Shown piece after piece: positions 27,688 through 34,741 of a stretch of 37,295 nt of DNA (position 1 is its first letter; every line of letters begins with the position of its first letter). Under the pieces are notes generated by a model. It made no database searches. It was not told the DNA's origin and saw only the letters and a list, made by a program, of their open reading frames with translations. The position numbers were made by a program, and so were the translations under genes. Origin of the DNA: an uncultured Gammaproteobacteria bacterium (GTDB lineage Bacteria > Pseudomonadota > Gammaproteobacteria > GCA-001735895); the NCBI GenBank assembly GCA_963976575.1, contig CAXBMV010000001.1, positions 1 through 37,295 on the forward strand. Reading direction: 5' to 3'.

Positions 27688-28803
27688 GTGCGACAAATGG
27701 ATCAAGTGAAATACTTGATGCTACAGCCCACCTCTTTTTGCAATCTCGATTGTAAGTATTGCTACCTACCAAATAGAGATAATCGTGGGAAACTTGGACG
27801 CGAGACGGTGGAGCGTCTCGTACATCTCATTAACAAAGATCATTGGTTGCTAAATCCGAGGTTATCGGTCATATGGCACGCCGGAGAACCTCTGGCATTG
27901 CCCTTGAAAAAGTTTGAAGAATTAGTAATTGAAGTAAATAAAATTCGAAATGTCTCAATTCAGCACTTTATTCAAACAAACGCAACGCTAATTTCTGACG
28001 ATTGGGCAAGTTTTTTTCAGAAATACAATATTCGAATCGGTGTCAGTATAGATGGCGCACAAGAGTCACATGACTCTCAAAGACAATACCGAGATGGGCG
28101 TGGGTCGTTCAAAAAGGCAATGGAAGGTATTTCAGTTCTGCAGAAGAAGAACATTCCTTTTTCATTAATTGCGGTAGTTACCAAACAATTTTTAAATAAC
28201 ATAAATGGAAACATTCATTTTCTAGCTTCTCTTGGTGCAAAACGAATTGGGTTAAATTTTGAAGAAATCGAAAGCTCAAACTTTAAATCCTCGTTAACTG
28301 GGGAAGAGTTGGGGGAGCCGATGGGTGAGATTTATAGCAGTCTACTAGAATTGCACAATTGCGGAAAAATTCGCTCACGAGAAATCGATAGATTATTTCA
28401 GCCCGGGAAGTATAGCGACTCCGATGCTTTTTGCTCAGACCTAAAGCCATTTTCTTTCCTTAACGTTTCAAGTGCCGGTGATCTAAGCACATTTTCTCCG
28501 GAACTACTTGATGCGACTTTCAGGCGACGAAATTTTATATACGGAAATATTCACAAGGTTAAATCTTTAACGGAACTATTTTCTAGTTCATTGCTTCAGA
28601 GCGACTATAAGGAAATACTATCTGGTATTGCTAAATGCAGGAAGGAATGTGAATTTTTTGAGAACTGTGGAGGGGGAGAGGCTTCCAATAAAGTATTCGA
28701 GAACGGCACTTTTGCTAGTTCAAATACAATGCACTGCTATGTAAAAATCCAAGTGCCTATTTCCTGGGCCTCGGGCAGCAAGAATACAAAGGTCAAATTA
28801 TGA
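27688..28803 (+). CDS. radical SAM enzyme with C-terminal SPASM-type auxiliary cluster domain
   Basis: 371 aa. The N-terminal CNLDCKYC is the CX3CX2C motif. GEPL and anSME-like body blocks are present. C-terminal Cys-rich CRKECEFFENCGGGEA...HCY is typical of SPASM/twitch maturases. An alternative ATG start is at 27697. Confidence 0.85.
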   Translation: MRQMDQVKYLMLQPTSFCNLDCKYCYLPNRDNRGKLGRETVERLVHLINKDHWLLNPRLSVIWHAGEPLALPLKKFEELVIEVNKIRNVSIQHFIQTNATLISDDWASFFQKYNIRIGVSIDGAQESHDSQRQYRDGRGSFKKAMEGISVLQKKNIPFSLIAVVTKQFLNNINGNIHFLASLGAKRIGLNFEEIESSNFKSSLTGEELGEPMGEIYSSLLELHNCGKIRSREIDRLFQPGKYSDSDAFCSDLKPFSFLNVSSAGDLSTFSPELLDATFRRRNFIYGNIHKVKSLTELFSSSLLQSDYKEILSGIAKCRKECEFFENCGGGEASNKVFENGTFASSNTMHCYVKIQVPISWASGSKNTKVKL

Positions 28804-29063
28804 CAAGCCCCTACGACCCCATTACGAAAACATCTGCTTTAGCATGCATTGAATCGATTTGGAAATGACGGAGAAAGCCCGTGTAGAGCCAACTTCAGAT
28901 GCGATCAGAATGACTGCTAGTTTGATATGCTTGCTATTAACTACAACACGTCTGGAACGAGACAGCAAAGGTCTTTTCAGAGTGGTGCATGACCGCTGTT
29001 GGCCGATTCGAGCCGTTCAAGCCTAAGGTTTGAATGACTGCTTTGGAGGATGGATTAACAAGG

Positions 29064-29164
29064 TGTAGACATCGTAGACAATTATCCAGAACATCGCGTG
29101 GTGTCACTGTAGACATCGAGACATCTCGATCCAATGCCTAGCTGGTTTTTGTATGTAGACATCG
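29064..29164 (+). repeat. three direct copies of TGTAGACATCG, spaced 44 and 46 bp
   Basis: Copies lie at 29064-29074, 29108-29118 and 29154-29164, with partial echoes TAGACA (29075-29080) and GAGACATC (29119-29126). They sit in a noncoding gap between the RiPP cluster and the 3' end of the minus-strand operon. Confidence 0.8.
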
Positions 29165-29407
29165 GCATCAATAGATATTTAATTCTAAACGGGAATGATT
29201 CGCATTTAAAAGCGTGGAGATAAGAAAGCGTCTGAGAGCTTCTGAAGGGCTGCAACAGCCTGTTAAATTTCAGTTTGAGTGATGGGGCACTACAAACCGT
29301 TTTCTCGCTTTTTAAGGCTAGTGTGAAGGCTATCGTGGGTCGAGTGGGGTCTTGCGCTAGTAGTCCTCAGCAAGCGGATCTGGAATCTATAGCGCAATCT
29401 AGTTCAT

Positions 29408-31972
29408 TTAATATTCTTGCTGCCCCTCTTCCACTCCCGCTTTTATTACCGAGATAGCTAGAGCCGCTTCATGGGCAGGCAACTCTTGCAGGCGATACAA
29501 CAAAGCACCTAGTGCTGGCCTCCAAAAATTGGCACCCCAAAATCCTTCTGTATCTTCATCTAGAATCTCTTCCAGTTCAACTTGGACATCCTCTTCGCGC
29601 AAGAACTTTATTTTTTTGTCGAGAGAAATACGTACACTCAAGGCCTCAATATTTTTCGGCAAAGGCAGTCCCGCTACCCCATTGGAAAGCGACAAAATAA
29701 TACATGGCCGTTTGGTCTGCTCATGAGCCACAAGCCGTTGTTGTACAAGGTCGATCAAATGGCGGGCGTAAACATCTAAGGGTGAGAGGTTTGCGTCTAA
29801 AAGAACTACAGACCTGTTGTCGCTATCAAAATCTTTTTTAAATTGATGATCCCCTGTAACACCGATCCCGCAATCAAAAATCAGGCAACCCGATTTGTCT
29901 TTAGATCCCCACGCCTCTGCTATGAGCCTGGCTGCGATACCTTCTAAAACAAGAACTAGACCGGCGTCTAAAACAACATGTCCCGCCTGCTCTAATGCCG
30001 TAGCATGTTTCGATGATAGACCTATTGATTTCAAAGTATCGGTCAAAGGTTCGTTTTCGTGTTCCTTGGTTCTAAAGCTGTTAGCTATCTGCTCATTATT
30101 GATGGATTGACTTGGTTTATCGTTATTTTCGGGTTTGTTAATAAGCTCATCATAAATAACGACTTGCCCAAGCGTATCCAGCACTTCTGCTTTCGCCTTC
30201 TTAAGTGATTCCTTGACTGCTTTATTTATAGAGGAAGGTATTGCCTTCAGATCCTTTTCTTGCTTTGAATTTGCCTTTTTTAACTCCGCACTCTGTTTCT
30301 TAATTTTCTCAAGCTCATCCAGTAGTTCACTTTTTTCATTTATCCGAAGTTCAACTATTTTTTGGATCTCCTGATCAATTCTCACCTTGACCCTTTCATG
30401 TGTCATGGCTTGTTCTAACAAGGTGTCAATACCACTATCATGACTCTCAATATATTCTAACTCTTCCAGTAATCTTGCTTTACGCGAATCATTTTGATGT
30501 CCCTCAGCAGAATTTATCCACTCTAGTAATTTTCTCTGCTGAGCTTTTGTTAAATTATCAGGATTATCGTTGTTGCTGTTAAAAAATTTCTTTAGCGTGG
30601 ATGCTAACGTAGAGCATTCGTAAACTTCATGTGCAGGCAGTGGGCCGAGCACATGCAATCTTCCCTCAAACCTAAAAGCTTCCAGAGATCTCCAACACGG
30701 CATTCCCTCATCAAATCCATCATCTCGAGTTAAATCCTTTCCTTGAGGGCATCCAAGTATTAGCCCATCACGAAGCTGGAATAGATAGGGAGCTGTTTGA
30801 TCCAATCCAGATCTCGAAAACTGTTCTTTTATGTATTCGCGAACAGAATCATAGTCGGTGGAGTTAAATGGCACTAACTGAAGTTCGTATACGAGAGATT
30901 TTGTGCCTTTTAAATGATAGTTAGTAAAATGATCCGCGCTACCAGGTTCGTTTCTATCAATATGCCAAATACCTAGTTCATGCTTTTTAGGTTGTTTCGG
31001 ATAGTGCTGCCCAGTAAATGCTTGAACATCCCCCGAATTAGGAAAAAGAGACCTTCTGATCTCCTTGTCCTCTAGAGACAATAATCTGCCATCCCAAGAA
31101 TGAACTGCGAAGGGCTGCACAAACACAGCTGTCGCTGGTGAGTCTTTAGTGCACTTACCCACAATTTGGTCTCTATCGAAATCGAAAAGCGGCTCTTCAA
31201 AATGGTCTAGTTGAGTTATCTGGACCCCAGATGGGGCTGACTTAGAAGTACTTTTCTTCTTTGCTACACTTTTTGAATATTCGAATAGTATATTGGAGAT
31301 ATCGTTGAGGCCGAGATCGCTAAGAGCCTCCATCGAATTTTGAGTTCCTTCACTCTCTCCTTGTTTGATAAAGTACAACCCGGATAAAAAATTTGCTATC
31401 CCTTGTCGCTGATTCACCAGGTATTCATCAGGATCTTTCCCGTCAAAAACAGCTATCAAAGCAAGAGCGAGATTGGGATCAGAAAAGGAATCATCGTGGT
31501 TTACATTTTCTTCCACAGTTGTTCGCTCTTCTTCAGATGCTTGTTCGAGATCAGAATCCTGATCAGAACCATCTGGGGAAGATCTTAGGAAACTTAAAAG
31601 CTTTCCTGACAAACTGTCTGAGAATAAATGAATCAAGCAAGAACGAGCAAATCGTTTAGCATCATTTTCAGAAAGACTCTCAGTTGAATCTTCATACAGA
31701 GAATATGTTTCAACTATCTCATCAACGCTTTCAGGCTCTATCAGCGATAGATTTTTTGAAAGCCAATTTTGCACAATAGGTTCCGTAGGCTCTGGGAGAT
31801 TTAGCATGGCGGTAATTCGAGCCTCGCCTCCACGAGGTAGGTTCTGGACCTTCGCTCCCTTCATAATTAGCATGGGTCGATTAGCTGAAAAAAATTGGCG
31901 CAGCTCATCGCCACTCATACCGAAGTGAAGCAAGTATTTAAACCGTGATCTATTTATTCCTTTGTATGCCAT
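29408..31972 (-). CDS. large uncharacterised protein with acidic linker and C-terminal coiled coil; last gene of the Druantia-like operon
   Basis: 854-aa ORF that overlaps the upstream gene by 23 nt (alternative ATG at 31918). It has an acidic stretch (DGSDQDSDLEQASEEERTTVEEN) and a long heptad-like region (ELEKIKKQSAELKKANSKQEKDLK). No domain recognised. Confidence 0.7.
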   Translation of the reverse strand: MAYKGINRSRFKYLLHFGMSGDELRQFFSANRPMLIMKGAKVQNLPRGGEARITAMLNLPEPTEPIVQNWLSKNLSLIEPESVDEIVETYSLYEDSTESLSENDAKRFARSCLIHLFSDSLSGKLLSFLRSSPDGSDQDSDLEQASEEERTTVEENVNHDDSFSDPNLALALIAVFDGKDPDEYLVNQRQGIANFLSGLYFIKQGESEGTQNSMEALSDLGLNDISNILFEYSKSVAKKKSTSKSAPSGVQITQLDHFEEPLFDFDRDQIVGKCTKDSPATAVFVQPFAVHSWDGRLLSLEDKEIRRSLFPNSGDVQAFTGQHYPKQPKKHELGIWHIDRNEPGSADHFTNYHLKGTKSLVYELQLVPFNSTDYDSVREYIKEQFSRSGLDQTAPYLFQLRDGLILGCPQGKDLTRDDGFDEGMPCWRSLEAFRFEGRLHVLGPLPAHEVYECSTLASTLKKFFNSNNDNPDNLTKAQQRKLLEWINSAEGHQNDSRKARLLEELEYIESHDSGIDTLLEQAMTHERVKVRIDQEIQKIVELRINEKSELLDELEKIKKQSAELKKANSKQEKDLKAIPSSINKAVKESLKKAKAEVLDTLGQVVIYDELINKPENNDKPSQSINNEQIANSFRTKEHENEPLTDTLKSIGLSSKHATALEQAGHVVLDAGLVLVLEGIAARLIAEAWGSKDKSGCLIFDCGIGVTGDHQFKKDFDSDNRSVVLLDANLSPLDVYARHLIDLVQQRLVAHEQTKRPCIILSLSNGVAGLPLPKNIEALSVRISLDKKIKFLREEDVQVELEEILDEDTEGFWGANFWRPALGALLYRLQELPAHEAALAISVIKAGVEEGQQEY

Positions 31973-33536
31973 TTCCGAAGTTTCTATTTGGTCTCTTATA
32001 CTTTGATGAAGCGAGTATGTATGTCATTAAAGGACTAGCTAATAGGCTTCCGAGCCGCTGAAGATTATTTTGATTCGGATTATTAATGAAATTTGAGGCG
32101 ATACTAGCTGTTCGAGAATCGTATCTGCAGCGAACAACGTTTAAAATCCACTTTTCCATGTTCGATCCAATTTTCTGATTTACAGGAACCAAGAGTAAAT
32201 CGTCATCTGTCTTAGATCTGGCCGGCCGTATTTCTCCAAAGCCTCCTGCTAGCACTATTTTTTCAGATTTTTTAGGCATCGTTCCAATCAGGCCATCAAA
32301 TTTAAGATCCTCATTAACCTTTTCGACGTACCTTGCGAGTCGATCATTACTGCATATGACCTTAATTTCTCTTGCATATAGGTCCGTTTGCTTTAGATCA
32401 GTATCTGATATTAAATTCCACCGTAAATCTTCAGAGCTTAACTCAATACCATTTGGTTGTATGAGACAGCATTCCTCTACTCTAATAACAACCTGTTCAA
32501 TCCCGTCAATCAGTATAGTTACGTCTTGATCATTTAGACGGAGCCCTTCTATTTGAACGCGTTCGTCGGTAACAATGCTGAATCTAGCATTTCCAATAGA
32601 GTCTGCTGCACCTTCGATACTTATCTCGTGCGACGGGGTTTTTTGAACAACTAGAACTTCGGGTGAATCGGGGTAAATATATGCTCCATCAACCCCAATA
32701 TGATGAGGTAGGGGATGAACAACGCATGCACGTGGTCGACGCCCTCGAATGGCGCGATCGAAAAATGCTGATATACCTTCTTTTACTGAATTAAATGTAG
32801 ATGCATTGAACGTAGATGGTAACTCTACTTCGTAAACTTTCCAGTCCGCCAGAGCGCCGCGCAGCGTCCATTCAATATACGCCAAAATGTTTTCGGGCGG
32901 TAAGATTGAATCTGCTGAAACTATCCAGTATTTGCCACTCCATTCTAATGGCTCATTCTCGAATAGTATTCTCCCCCTTCCTTCACTGACGGAAAATAGA
33001 TTCATATTAGCACTGAACAGACTGGTCTGTTCGTTAATATGGTCTGATAAAGGTAGAAGGTCTCTTTCCGCTCCACACTCTAACAATGGAACCTCGGGAG
33101 TTACCGTTAACGTATGAACTTTACATAGTTGAGCTATCGTAAATTCTTTGAGCCCCGTTTTATGTTGAATCCATAAGGATCCTGTCAGCTCTGTACTGAA
33201 TGGTAATGAAGGAATGCGTACGGAAAGCTCGAAATTCGAAAACTCCTGGCGATAAGATAAAAACAATCCGCAAAGTAAAGAGTCACGCCTAGGGTAAAGA
33301 GATTCAACCTTACTCGCTGATTGCGATTTGAATCGATTTACAACGTCGGACGGGGGATGATAAAGTTCACAATCAGGTTTGGCCCGATGGCTGTAGTGCG
33401 CAAAGTGCGGTCTGCGCATCGCTCCTTGTCTCAAATGAACGGGCTCACCACAAGTCGGGCAACTCATGCCATAGCCAATATATACCCCTCTTTGGGCGCG
33501 GACGATCTTTCCTCGATAGTCCTTCGCCCAATCCAC
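31950..33536 (-). CDS. uncharacterised protein with N-terminal CoiA-like zinc finger
   Basis: 528 aa. The GTG start overlaps the stop of the upstream gene (TAGTG). The N-terminus CPTCGEPVHLRQGAMRRPHFAHYSHRAKPDC resembles the CxxC...HFAH motif of CoiA-like proteins. Confidence 0.7.
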   Translation of the reverse strand: MDWAKDYRGKIVRAQRGVYIGYGMSCPTCGEPVHLRQGAMRRPHFAHYSHRAKPDCELYHPPSDVVNRFKSQSASKVESLYPRRDSLLCGLFLSYRQEFSNFELSVRIPSLPFSTELTGSLWIQHKTGLKEFTIAQLCKVHTLTVTPEVPLLECGAERDLLPLSDHINEQTSLFSANMNLFSVSEGRGRILFENEPLEWSGKYWIVSADSILPPENILAYIEWTLRGALADWKVYEVELPSTFNASTFNSVKEGISAFFDRAIRGRRPRACVVHPLPHHIGVDGAYIYPDSPEVLVVQKTPSHEISIEGAADSIGNARFSIVTDERVQIEGLRLNDQDVTILIDGIEQVVIRVEECCLIQPNGIELSSEDLRWNLISDTDLKQTDLYAREIKVICSNDRLARYVEKVNEDLKFDGLIGTMPKKSEKIVLAGGFGEIRPARSKTDDDLLLVPVNQKIGSNMEKWILNVVRCRYDSRTASIASNFINNPNQNNLQRLGSLLASPLMTYILASSKYKRPNRNFGNGIQRNK

Positions 33537-34741
33537 TACTTTGCCGCCTCTCGCTCGTAATTATCTGTATCATCATACTCATCGGAAGAAATTAATTTGA
33601 GGAAATTTTCTCTCTCCCAATCCCTATATTTTGGCATACGCTCAGATCTAGGTATGACCCAGCGGCTAAGGGCATTACTAGCACGTTTCTTGACCGTGGG
33701 TAAGCCGACATAACGAGCTTTCTTGTTTTCTCCCCGTAGTAGTTTGATTGCGTTCGAAGCTAGTGGACAGAAAAAAACTTCCCGAGTAAGACCATGTCGA
33801 GCTAGCGCAGGGTTCATTCCAAGTCGGGAAAATGCTTGCCTTACAACTCTGAGGCGATAGTTCGGCCCTTGGCCATAATCGTGTGAATCGAAAGATTCAT
33901 CGCCTATCGATTCTAAATAGTTTTTGAGTTCGATAAACAAATCATTTGATATATGAAAATGCCCCCAACCAGATGTATATCCAATAGATTCGAAAATAGT
34001 ATTGCCATCCAAACGAAGCCTATTGTAAACAGAAGAACGACCTAAAGCTGAAGTCGTTGTAACTACTGCTAATTGAGCATTTTTACTCTTGCCCGAAATA
34101 AGACCCACAGAATCATAGTATTTAGAATGAAAAGCGTTTACGACATCTCGTGTTTGAATAAGACTGGCAATGAGTTTGCCACCTAAAAGCATATTGTATG
34201 GAGGAACCGCTCCTAACACATATGCATCCATCAAATTTACGAGAGCTTCAGATCTTCGATAATGATCCCAACCGATAAGCTCATCACGCGCTTTAAGATT
34301 AAATACAGCATCGCCTAATGCGAAAATACCGATTAATTTCCCATTACTATCGTCCCAAACGAGGAATCTCATTCGCCGCCCATATCCCTCAGATATAGGA
34401 ACACTCCAATAGTAAGTAGCGAGACGAAACAGATTGGACTGCCACGTGCCTGCTCTTATAACTTCTAACCGTGGTCGGATATCTTTAACTCGTATATCTG
34501 CCCCGGATGCAAAGTAATTTATTAGTTTGTCAGCGTGACCATTGATCCAACGACCATTATCTGCAAGTTTGACCTCTCTTTGATAAGAATGCATGTTGCG
34601 ATATGATTGCTTATCAAATCCCGGGGGTACAAGCTCCCCGTCTTCACCTTTGGTGAAATTTAGCTTCTTAAAGTGTTGTCGGATTTTTCGACGTAGACGC
34701 GCTTCCGCTCCTGGAATCTTAACTATCTTAGATTTACTCAT
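33536..34741 (-). CDS. DUF4338-like protein (DruA-like)
   Basis: 401 aa with an ATGA start/stop overlap with the helicase gene. From memory, the block GYGRRMRFLVWDDSNGKLIGIFALGDAVFNLKARDELIGW...MDAYVLGAVPPYN resembles DUF4338, the DruA family of type I Druantia. An HMM search is needed to confirm. Confidence 0.6.
   Translation of the reverse strand: MSKSKIVKIPGAEARLRRKIRQHFKKLNFTKGEDGELVPPGFDKQSYRNMHSYQREVKLADNGRWINGHADKLINYFASGADIRVKDIRPRLEVIRAGTWQSNLFRLATYYWSVPISEGYGRRMRFLVWDDSNGKLIGIFALGDAVFNLKARDELIGWDHYRRSEALVNLMDAYVLGAVPPYNMLLGGKLIASLIQTRDVVNAFHSKYYDSVGLISGKSKNAQLAVVTTTSALGRSSVYNRLRLDGNTIFESIGYTSGWGHFHISNDLFIELKNYLESIGDESFDSHDYGQGPNYRLRVVRQAFSRLGMNPALARHGLTREVFFCPLASNAIKLLRGENKKARYVGLPTVKKRASNALSRWVIPRSERMPKYRDWERENFLKLISSDEYDDTDNYEREAAK

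Noticed and set aside
28937-29134. 65-aa minus-strand ORF, and the 60-aa +-strand ORF 29275..29457
   Set aside because: Both are short with no RBS or motif. The first is largely made of the TGTAGACATCG repeat units read in frame. I judge both to be noncoding.
29064-29164. CRISPR array
   Set aside because: The repeats are only 11 nt long and there are only three. There are no cas genes, and the spacing and length are far from CRISPR repeat-spacer geometry. No CRISPR array was seen anywhere in the window.
33321-33560. Short +-strand ORFs inside the minus-strand operon (also 32887..33117, 31393..31659, 29512..30110)
   Set aside because: They are antisense to long, translationally coupled ORFs, AT-rich and low in complexity. 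Nothing supports them as genes.
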